Origin: Minisyncoccia bacterium
Lineage (GTDB): Bacteria > Patescibacteriota > Minisyncoccia > Phycocordibacterales > UBA918
NCBI GenBank assembly: GCA_964229335.1
Contig: CAXRCZ010000002.1
Span: 1-23,947, forward strand
Direction of reading: 5' to 3'
DNA: 23,947 nucleotides
Below, piece by piece: positions 16,057-23,947 of the stretch (the stretch's first letter is position 1; each line of letters opens with the position of its first letter). Position numbers and translations under genes: made by a program. Under the pieces are notes generated by a model. It made no database searches and was not told the DNA's origin. It worked only from the letters and a program-made list of their open reading frames with translations.

Positions 16057-17259
16057 ATGAACGGAGTCACGGCAGAAAAGAAACCAAAAGTACTGATAAT
16101 TACCGGCGTACTGTGGGTTGGCGGGGGCGCCGAAAAAGTAGCTGCCAATCTAGGTAACTATCTGGTAGATGAAGGGTACGAAACTCACCTCCTTACGTTT
16201 TATGAGGATGATAACAAGTATCCTTTTCACGGCACCTACCACACCTTTAATGAGTCACCACCAGCTAGTCGATTAGTAAAAATTTGGGGTATCCCTCTGC
16301 GAGTTTGGCGCATTGCTCGTTATATAAAAAAGCACGATATCGATATCGCAGTATCTTTCCTCGAAGAGGCTAATTTTTATACGCTAGCGGCAAAACTAAT
16401 CTTTGTACCAAAGCTGCCTGTCATAGTTTCGGTGCGTAACAATATCAACCGCCGAGGATGGATATTTAGAGTACTAACCAAATACCTCTATCCTCACGCC
16501 AAAAAAGTGGTTAGCGTCACTAGAGCGATTGAAGAAATTCTGAAGACAGAGTACTACCTCACCAACACCGCCACCATCTACAACCCGATTGATACTGAAT
16601 TGGTCAATCAGAAAACGAAAGAACCGCTACCAACCGAATGGCAATGGTTACAAGATAAATCACTACTCGCTATTTCAATCGGTCGACTGACGCACCAAAA
16701 AGGCCAATGGCACCTCGTCAGAGCCTTTAGTGAAGTGGTAAAAGAGTATCCGCAAGCTACTCTAGTTATCTTGGGAGAAGGAGAACATCGAGACAAATTA
16801 CAAGCACTGATAGATGAATCTGGATTATCAAATAACGTCTATTTAGTGGGTAACCACAATAATGTTTATCCATTTTTGGCAGCCGCAGACGTATTTGTCT
16901 TTAGTTCGTTATATGAAGGCATGCCTAACACCATGCTAGAAGCCCATTCAGTCAGATTGCCAATAATCTCACCAGATTGCATCAGTGGACCACGTGAGAT
17001 AATTGCTCCAGAGTTAAAAATAGATGAAACTATAGAATATCCATATCGAACTGAATACGGCACATTGACCTCTCCTATGGAAGATGAAGAAGTCTGGCAG
17101 ACGGTACAAAAGACACCCCTTACTATCGCTGAAGAAGGATTGGCTGAGCAAATATGTGAACGACTGTCTGGATCGACTGTTAAGACTGAAACTCATTCAG
17201 GTAACTCACATTTTGATGCAAAATCAATAAATAAACAGTGGGAAAAGTTAGTTATATAG
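16057..17259 (+). CDS. GT4 (GT-B) glycosyltransferase
   Basis: GGGAEK, GRLTHQKG, SSLYEGMPNTMLEA (EX7E). Confidence 0.93.
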   Translation: MNGVTAEKKPKVLIITGVLWVGGGAEKVAANLGNYLVDEGYETHLLTFYEDDNKYPFHGTYHTFNESPPASRLVKIWGIPLRVWRIARYIKKHDIDIAVSFLEEANFYTLAAKLIFVPKLPVIVSVRNNINRRGWIFRVLTKYLYPHAKKVVSVTRAIEEILKTEYYLTNTATIYNPIDTELVNQKTKEPLPTEWQWLQDKSLLAISIGRLTHQKGQWHLVRAFSEVVKEYPQATLVILGEGEHRDKLQALIDESGLSNNVYLVGNHNNVYPFLAAADVFVFSSLYEGMPNTMLEAHSVRLPIISPDCISGPREIIAPELKIDETIEYPYRTEYGTLTSPMEDEEVWQTVQKTPLTIAEEGLAEQICERLSGSTVKTETHSGNSHFDAKSINKQWEKLVI

Positions 17260-17260
17260 C

Positions 17261-18379
17261 TTATATTTCAAGACTAGCCAAAACTTTTTCAGCTCGCCGG
17301 TTCCACGTATGGTGTTTTTTAAAGTCATCGTAAGCACCGTTCGCTATTGTTTCGCGAAGTTTTGTATCTTTAGATAAATCTTTCAAGGTCTTCACCCACT
17401 CTTCAACTGAGTCTGGGTCGCAAAGTATAGCGTTATATTTATTTTTAAGAACTTCTCTTAACACCGGGAGATCGGAAGCGACAATAGCTTTTCGAGCAGC
17501 CATGTATTCAAATATTTTTAATGGTGACATCCATTTTGCAATATTCAGACCTTCTCGTGTTTTTACTTCAGATTGGTAGGGGGCTAATACAATATCGAAG
17601 GAAAGACGATAAGAAACCGCTTCCTCCTGAGGAAGAAAGCCGTAAAAAGTAATGTTTGAAATATCTTGTGTTTTTGATCGCCAATGCGCCACATCCTCTT
17701 CTGTACCCCCTATAATATGAAAGTGCCCTTCTGGAAATTGAGGTGCAATTTTAGTTATTAACTCCATTCCTTTTCCTTTATACAAATGACCAACATACCC
17801 GACATGAATTTTGTTGATAGGGGAGAGAAGGTTTTTTTGTTGAGTATTTGAAACAGGAGAGGCGGCATCTGGGGCTACTATGATTTTTTCTGAATTTATA
17901 TTGTAATCAGCACTCATTACATCAGCCAATTTTTTTGAAATACATACCAACCGCTTAAATTCTTTATTTTTTAAGTATCTGTTTAGCACCCTACCTGAAA
18001 AAGCCTTGGACTTGATAGCATAATGAAGTTCAAGTATTGTCGGAATACCTAAGAGGCATGCGAAATATGCTGCAGGGATGAAGCGGGTGTAAACTAAGGC
18101 ACATCCTTGTCGCTTAGCATGCAGACTTGAGAAAATACCAAAAAATAAATATTTGCCTTTTATTTTCAGCCATGTGATTTTTTTTAATCCGAAACATTTC
18201 TTTACGTTATAGAAATCAAACACTGATTGTGAGGTTTTTTCCTCTAAGTCTACTCGATTAGGAACACATAAAATTATTTGATGGCCATTGTCACTAAACG
18301 CTTCACACATTTTCATCGCATGCAAACTATTTGCAGTTCGAGAAGGAATTATGGAGTTTGATATATAAAAAATTTTCAC
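17261..18379 (-). CDS. GT4 glycosyltransferase
   Basis: YVGHLYKGKG, SPLKIFEYMA, SDLPVLRE; GTG start. Confidence 0.92.
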   Translation of the reverse strand: MKIFYISNSIIPSRTANSLHAMKMCEAFSDNGHQIILCVPNRVDLEEKTSQSVFDFYNVKKCFGLKKITWLKIKGKYLFFGIFSSLHAKRQGCALVYTRFIPAAYFACLLGIPTILELHYAIKSKAFSGRVLNRYLKNKEFKRLVCISKKLADVMSADYNINSEKIIVAPDAASPVSNTQQKNLLSPINKIHVGYVGHLYKGKGMELITKIAPQFPEGHFHIIGGTEEDVAHWRSKTQDISNITFYGFLPQEEAVSYRLSFDIVLAPYQSEVKTREGLNIAKWMSPLKIFEYMAARKAIVASDLPVLREVLKNKYNAILCDPDSVEEWVKTLKDLSKDTKLRETIANGAYDDFKKHHTWNRRAEKVLASLEI

Positions 18380-18411
18380 AGCTAGAAATTACCTGAATTT
18401 ATTTTAAAGGT

Positions 18412-19626
18412 TTAATATCCATTTTTCATTTGGTTTTTAATGATTTTTAGCACGTCTTGGAAATAACTCTGATTATCCAGTTCGTGCCTAATTGCTTCTA
18501 TAGCATTGGTGCTAACTCTTCTTATGTCACTTTCCCATGTTGTATCAATTTGGCACAGTGTACTGTACAGAGCACAGGACGTAGGAGAAACGATCCATCC
18601 GGTGTGATTATTTTCGACTATGTCAGCTGAACTGGCCTCAGTAGCCACAACTGGACATCCATGAGCCAAGGCCTCTAGTACAGTCCTTGGTCTACCTTCA
18701 GAAAAACTTGGGTGAAGTAAAACACATGTTTCAGTAGCAAAAAATTGTTTTAAGTTTATTTGACCAAGAAATGAAATTCTTTGGAGTTGACCCGAATTTT
18801 CCACAATAGTTTTAAAAGAGGGACTTTTTTTGCCACATATATAGAGATGTCCTCGCCCGCCTTGTTCACAATAATTTTTCCAAGCTGCCAGTACGATATC
18901 TAGACCTTTTCGTGTCGCATGATTAGAAGCAAACACGTATTTAGGTTCTACAGGATATCTAGGAACAGAGATTGCAATATCAGGCGCAGAGGGACGTAAC
19001 TTCGAAAGCCGATGCTTTGGAAAGCCTGCCTCTAAAAAAGTGTTCTCAGCATAGTCACTAAAAACAATAATGTGATCCGCGGCATGTATTGATTTTAATG
19101 AATTTATGACATACGGATAATAATTCCACGAATCAGCGTTTTTCCTTGGTATCTTATTAATACGCTCGCGTTCGCGTAATACCCCCCACACATCTTTAGG
19201 GTAAGCAGAGTCCACTTCAAGTACAACAGGAATGTTTTTAGATTTTGCTACTTTTACTAATTTCCAAAAGTTTGGTTGACAAAAAACTATATCTGTCTTA
19301 TCTAAATTAGAGCCTTTGCTTGCAATTTGCGATAAGCAGACAGTGGCTATATGTCTTCCCATACTGCTTCTTCCGAATCTCTTTGCTATACGGGTTGTTA
19401 TTTCTGCAGCAGTCATACAGATGCGCGATCCATAGTATTTTCTTAAACTTTTGTGTTTTTTACGCAAGTATTCAGGTCGTTCAGGAAAGCCGTAGTAGTC
19501 AACAAGGAATTCTTTGCTGTTATCAAATTCGTCCAGATATTTATTCAACCGTTCTGATTTGCCACCTTTTCTGTATATCGGGCTCCAAAAAGCCATTAAA
19601 AGATTGATATTTTTTCTCACTAACAT
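18412..19626 (-). CDS. GT4 glycosyltransferase
   Basis: RKGLD, PSFSEGRPRTVLEALAHGCPVV (EX7E). Confidence 0.88.
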   Translation of the reverse strand: MLVRKNINLLMAFWSPIYRKGGKSERLNKYLDEFDNSKEFLVDYYGFPERPEYLRKKHKSLRKYYGSRICMTAAEITTRIAKRFGRSSMGRHIATVCLSQIASKGSNLDKTDIVFCQPNFWKLVKVAKSKNIPVVLEVDSAYPKDVWGVLRERERINKIPRKNADSWNYYPYVINSLKSIHAADHIIVFSDYAENTFLEAGFPKHRLSKLRPSAPDIAISVPRYPVEPKYVFASNHATRKGLDIVLAAWKNYCEQGGRGHLYICGKKSPSFKTIVENSGQLQRISFLGQINLKQFFATETCVLLHPSFSEGRPRTVLEALAHGCPVVATEASSADIVENNHTGWIVSPTSCALYSTLCQIDTTWESDIRRVSTNAIEAIRHELDNQSYFQDVLKIIKNQMKNGY

Positions 19627-20333
19627 TTATATGGTTCATTATTTTTAATAACAAAAAATATACTTTTAGTTTTATTACGTATGTGCGGTGATTCAATCAT
19701 CTCTCTAACGGAGTATTTACCCTCGCTCCATTTGAGTATAAGGTACGGCATTATATCTATGCTTGCACCAAAAGGATCGAGTTGATTAACGGTGTCTGGT
19801 GTGTGATCTTTTGAGTGTTGAATTATACAGACCCCACCCGGTTTCAATGATCTCATCCATGTAGAAAGTGATTTTTTTGGATCATAGCTGTGGTCGAAGG
19901 AGTTTGAATATACAAAGTCTACCTTGCCAATCCATTCTTCTTTTTCTTCATGAAAATCCCACTGTATTGTGTTGGGAAAGCTTTTTGCAGTTTCAGATAT
20001 TTCTGTGCCAATGACTTCAGTGTCGCCTAAATATTTGGATAACCATCTCTGCTCAAGACCACGTCTGGTACCATGGCAAACACCAAATCTAGGTCGCTTA
20101 GTATATTTTAATATATGAGGTGCAAGGAACCGCATCTCTTCTTCTGTTACCCACGAACGGTCAATTTTTCTCTTATTACCTGCTTCTTGAATTTTTTTAT
20201 ACAGTTCATAGTCAAACTGACCTTTTGGGTTTTTATATTCAAAAAGAGCATACTTTTTCGCAGGCAATAAGAATAATCTTAATTTTTTGCGCATTTTGTG
20301 CATTCTTAATTTTATTTGACTAAGTATTTGCAT
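19620..20333 (-). CDS. putative class I SAM-dependent methyltransferase
   Basis: Motif-I-like VCHGTRRG, IGTEIS, DFVYSNSFDH, LKPGG. Confidence 0.7.
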   Translation of the reverse strand: MQILSQIKLRMHKMRKKLRLFLLPAKKYALFEYKNPKGQFDYELYKKIQEAGNKRKIDRSWVTEEEMRFLAPHILKYTKRPRFGVCHGTRRGLEQRWLSKYLGDTEVIGTEISETAKSFPNTIQWDFHEEKEEWIGKVDFVYSNSFDHSYDPKKSLSTWMRSLKPGGVCIIQHSKDHTPDTVNQLDPFGASIDIMPYLILKWSEGKYSVREMIESPHIRNKTKSIFFVIKNNEPYKC

Positions 20334-20341
20334 ATCTATAA

Positions 20342-21097
20342 TTAAATCTTAACTCCTATCCTTCCACCCTTATCTATTCTGTGCAGCAAAAAAGGTATTT
20401 TATTAAAGTATTCATCTACCGCCTTTCTTTGGCCGGCCCAATATCCATAGTCATCTATTATAAGTATTCCTGCCTTTTCTAGTAAAGGATAAAGATGAGA
20501 CAGCTCGTGCCTCGTTGATTCATACCAGTCTGTGTCTAATCTCAACAAAGCTATTTTTTGAGGTATGTTTTGAGGAATTGTTTCTTCTACTGTCCCTTTA
20601 ATTAAAATAAAATTATCAACGTCATAGCCTGCTACACGTATGTTTTCCTGGACTTCTTCAAAGCTTGCAAGACACCATTCATTATGAGCCTTTTTTTGTG
20701 CAGACTGCCAAATTTTTACTGGATTTTTTCTACTGGACTCTACTGTTTTATCATGGAGTGAGGGTTTTACCATTCCCGAGTATGTGTCATACATATAAAT
20801 TTTTCTGTCGGTCACGCCTAGGTCTCTAAGTACCCTGGCAATAAGTATTGCGCTACCTCCTTTCCATACACCACATTCGACAAAATCACCAGGTATTTCA
20901 GCCTTAACTATGTATTTAACAGCTTTATACAAAGCGTAACACTTCAACATTGATGTCATGGTGTACGGCTTTATCTCGATATAAAGTTTTTGAAAATACT
21001 CATCGGTATCAATAATGGGATCAGTAGACAAGCCACTGCTTTTAGTAAATTGATATCCGAATATTGTGCCCATTAAATGATTAAATTTCTTTTTCAT
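20342..21097 (-). CDS. TylF/MycF/NovP-family sugar O-methyltransferase
   Basis: PGDFVECGVWKGGS, YDTYSG, LRLDTDWYEST, IIDDYG. Confidence 0.92.
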   Translation of the reverse strand: MKKKFNHLMGTIFGYQFTKSSGLSTDPIIDTDEYFQKLYIEIKPYTMTSMLKCYALYKAVKYIVKAEIPGDFVECGVWKGGSAILIARVLRDLGVTDRKIYMYDTYSGMVKPSLHDKTVESSRKNPVKIWQSAQKKAHNEWCLASFEEVQENIRVAGYDVDNFILIKGTVEETIPQNIPQKIALLRLDTDWYESTRHELSHLYPLLEKAGILIIDDYGYWAGQRKAVDEYFNKIPFLLHRIDKGGRIGVKI

Positions 21098-21201
21098 AAA
21101 TTGTGATTAGACAGAGCAAGAACTCATAATATTAATTTAAGTATCATAGAAAGTCCCTATGGATAACAGATCTACCATAGAATACTATGAGAAAAATATC
21201 T

Positions 21202-22473
21202 TTAAATTTTAATATTACCTGCTTTTATATTAAGTTCACAAGAAGCGAGAGTGAGTAATGTCCGTGCTAAATCCTCACCTTTTTTGTGTCTCATGCGAAT
21301 GGTATCATACATATCGCTGTTTACCGTAGGCAGATTTCTTTTTTTTAGATCCTCTATATTTTTATATATAATTGCACTGAGATTTGTTTTTTTTCTCAGC
21401 TCAGCATTATAGTCAAAAGTGTTCAGCATCTGTGTTTTTGTAGGTATTCCAGCTAATTGTATCCCAGTTTTTTGTTGCACAGCCATTTTTATTTTCGTAA
21501 CAAATAGTTTGGAAGGGGGGTCTGTAAGCGCTGTATTGTAGGTAGTTTTTGAAGGGATAGAAAAGAGGTCAGGAGAAAATTGCTTTAGAATATCCTTATA
21601 TAACATGCAGTTATTGCGATACTTATTGGGGACCTTCAGAAAGAAGCTAACCCACCTACTGTCGGTAAAAGGTGTAAATATATTTTCGCACGTTCCTACT
21701 GTAGTATGTTTTACATATAAGTTTTGCCTTACGCTAAAGTCCAATTGCTCATCGTAAGTTATAATTTTATTAGATGGCAATATTGGAGTTGATGGTAATT
21801 TATTTAATATGATGTGTCTTGTATCAGAGTTCACTAAAGACAGTTCTGGTATCTGGCTTTTCTTAAAAAATTCATTACGAGCAACTTTCCAGCCAATATC
21901 TTTTTTATAAGATTTAGGTAAGTGAGAACCAGCTATTGGATCGCCAAAATAGCCACTCCACAAGACTTCATCTTTTTTTAACATATTACATATATTTGTA
22001 TGTAAGTAACACCCAATAGCTGGCACCGCTCGCCCGACCATTTGCAATGCCTCCACTATATTTTCTTCTTTCCATTCAATGTTTCCTAAATGTATTTGTG
22101 TGTGATGGAGATTGTGTTGCTTAGATATGTATGCGGGTATTTCATAATCTAAAGCACCAGGTAATCCAAAAGATGCAATTCTAGTTGGTATATTGTGTTT
22201 TAATAATCCTCCTAATATAGCTCTTGAATCTAACCCTCCACTAAGTGGTAGTAAGGCAGTCTGTTTTTTGTTCACTTTTTCTTTGAAAATCAGGTTAAGA
22301 ATGTCACATCCCTCGTCCACTAATTCGCGATATGTAGCAGACTTCTCTTTTTTATGCGCAGTAACATATTCTCGGGACCACGGTAGTTTGATTTCATCAT
22401 GATCAAATGTATAAGAAAAATGCAGAAAAGTATGTATAGAGTCTATATTTTTGCTGTAGTTAACGTTTGTCAT
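21202..22473 (-). CDS. asparagine-synthase-family (synthetase domain only) protein
   Basis: PP-loop LSGGLDSR near residue 80, SGYFGD, TPFTD; no N-terminal Cys glutaminase domain. Confidence 0.8.
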   Translation of the reverse strand: MTNVNYSKNIDSIHTFLHFSYTFDHDEIKLPWSREYVTAHKKEKSATYRELVDEGCDILNLIFKEKVNKKQTALLPLSGGLDSRAILGGLLKHNIPTRIASFGLPGALDYEIPAYISKQHNLHHTQIHLGNIEWKEENIVEALQMVGRAVPAIGCYLHTNICNMLKKDEVLWSGYFGDPIAGSHLPKSYKKDIGWKVARNEFFKKSQIPELSLVNSDTRHIILNKLPSTPILPSNKIITYDEQLDFSVRQNLYVKHTTVGTCENIFTPFTDSRWVSFFLKVPNKYRNNCMLYKDILKQFSPDLFSIPSKTTYNTALTDPPSKLFVTKIKMAVQQKTGIQLAGIPTKTQMLNTFDYNAELRKKTNLSAIIYKNIEDLKKRNLPTVNSDMYDTIRMRHKKGEDLARTLLTLASCELNIKAGNIKI

Positions 22474-23770
22474 TTTTTATGGGAAGAGTACTTTCTATAT
22501 TTCCAGTTGAAAAATATCTAAATGCAATATGTGCACCGAATGCACCGAAAAAACCGCTTATCAAGATAGCATATACTGCACCCCAGATTTCATATAATGG
22601 GATGAGAGTAATAAGTAAAGTTATTCGAGTGGTTGGTGTGACTAAGTTTACAATGTAGAGCTGTTTTGTCTTTTCGTGAGCTGTCAAGGCGTGTGTATAC
22701 ATTGAATGTGGTAAAAATAGCACTGACAGAGCTAGGACTTGTGTGAGAAGAACAGATTCAGGATACTCAGGGAAAAGTAGAGGAAAAAGAAATGGTGTCA
22801 CAATTATATAAACGATAGTTATAACAATCGCTATCAATATAAAAAGATATACTTTTTGAGGCATTGACTGACTTAATGTAATAAAGTCTCTCTTAGCGAG
22901 TTTAGGCATTACCAGTGACCGGAGTTGATGTAGAGCATTACGAGTGTAACGAACAGGTAGTTGGGCGATAGTAAATATAGCGACCTGTACTGGTCCCAGA
23001 AAATGAAAAAGCAATAATTTGTCAGCATTGGTTGCTGTAATAGATAAAAAACGCATAACACTCAGGTGCTTGCTGTAAGTAATTGAGTCCCCATCTTTTT
23101 TTGTCATTCTGGGTATTTGATACTTTCTCATCACAAGGAGAAAAACGCTTCCAGTAGAGATGGTGTGGGAAAGAAAGTAAATCAACACTAGTACTATTGG
23201 GTTTTGAGAGAGAAAGGCCGTTACGATAAGCGCTATTACAGGTAATGGCTTGCGCCATGCACCTAACAAAACGCTTTGTTTGAAATGTTCCTTGCCGGTG
23301 AGGAACGGTTCATATAGGTTAAATCCTTCTAATAGCGGAGCGAACGCTCCCACAATCAAAAAACCAAGGGCCAGTTCGTTGTTTCCGTTTATGAAATAGT
23401 AAGTCGCTAGCACACCTGCAGCTACAGCTATACCAATATTCCATAGCATTTTAGTGCGGAAACCAGTTCGCAGCATGCTGTCGTTGCCTTGTGCTACAGC
23501 TCGGGTAAGAGCAATACCCATGCCTGATAGAGTAAATGCGCTTAAAATACTTGCTGTAGCTAATATAAATTGGTAAGTACCGAGAGATTCTTTTGGAAGG
23601 AGATTTGCAAGCGCAATCATCACGATTAGACCACTCACTATTTGTATACAATAGCCAAGCCCTACCCAAAAACTCCCTTTCGTGAGATATACCATGTCGG
23701 TCTTGGTGTACCTTTGGCTCCAATGTAAGAAACTGATTGTTTTCTTTTTGGTTTTTTCGAGAGCGCTCAT
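22460..23770 (-). CDS. Wzx-like oligosaccharide flippase
   Basis: MOP-type polytopic membrane protein (LANLLPKESLGTYQF, DKLLLFHFLGPVQVAIF, LIPLYEIWGA) heading the glycan cluster. Alternative start at 23830. Confidence 0.88.
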   Translation of the reverse strand: MSALEKTKKKTISFLHWSQRYTKTDMVYLTKGSFWVGLGYCIQIVSGLIVMIALANLLPKESLGTYQFILATASILSAFTLSGMGIALTRAVAQGNDSMLRTGFRTKMLWNIGIAVAAGVLATYYFINGNNELALGFLIVGAFAPLLEGFNLYEPFLTGKEHFKQSVLLGAWRKPLPVIALIVTAFLSQNPIVLVLIYFLSHTISTGSVFLLVMRKYQIPRMTKKDGDSITYSKHLSVMRFLSITATNADKLLLFHFLGPVQVAIFTIAQLPVRYTRNALHQLRSLVMPKLAKRDFITLSQSMPQKVYLFILIAIVITIVYIIVTPFLFPLLFPEYPESVLLTQVLALSVLFLPHSMYTHALTAHEKTKQLYIVNLVTPTTRITLLITLIPLYEIWGAVYAILISGFFGAFGAHIAFRYFSTGNIESTLPIKNDKR

Positions 23771-23905
23771 GAATTTATCAACCTCTTCAAGGTATGGATT
23801 ATGAAATAGATTATAGCCCGATAGTGTCATGCAGTATACTATCTATATATGGCATGGATAGTAGGAGGAGTAATCGGGGGAGTAGTGGGATTTATCGTGG
23901 GGTGG

Positions 23906-23942
23906 TTGGTAGGGCGGCGAGCGAAGCACGCCGCCCGACCAA
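23906..23942. repeat. GC-rich REP-like hairpin with GCGAAGC cap
   Basis: TTGGT-A-GGGCGGCG-A-GCGAAGC-A-CGCCGCCC-G-ACCAA. Confidence 0.6.
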
Positions 23943-23947
23943 GTGAT

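Noticed and set aside
3980-23723. Numerous 60-120 aa ORFs nested in or antisense to the called genes
   Set aside because: They are shadow ORFs of well-supported CDSs, with no motifs or start signals.

Overview
This window most likely comes from a Patescibacteria (CPR, Parcubacteria-like) chromosome using genetic code 11. The lineage is inferred from the divergent 16S, the VirB2-like pilin and the stand-alone VirD4-like ATPase. In order, it holds: the 3' end of a 16S rRNA with no linked 23S, a pilin-like gene, tRNA-Ile(GAU), ltrA, murD-murI-murC, two putative LysE-superfamily (TerC/MntP-like) membrane proteins, two tiny self-contained ORFs, rsmI, a YkuD-S11 peptidoglycan-enzyme fusion, a VirD4/HerA-like ATPase, a lamin-tail/PKD surface protein, and an AT-rich glycan cluster. 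Three signals stand out. (1) The ~640 nt non-coding region around tRNA-Ile contains a circularly permuted, insertion-interrupted tRNA-Ile-like copy and two gap-free 96-nt units with many compensatory base changes. (2) The 16S tail lacks the CCUCC anti-Shine-Dalgarno, while many genes have a -10 box 6-8 nt before ATG, which suggests leaderless translation. (3) A separate class of orphan genes carries full promoter, SD-like and terminator cassettes. All alignments and folds were done by eye.
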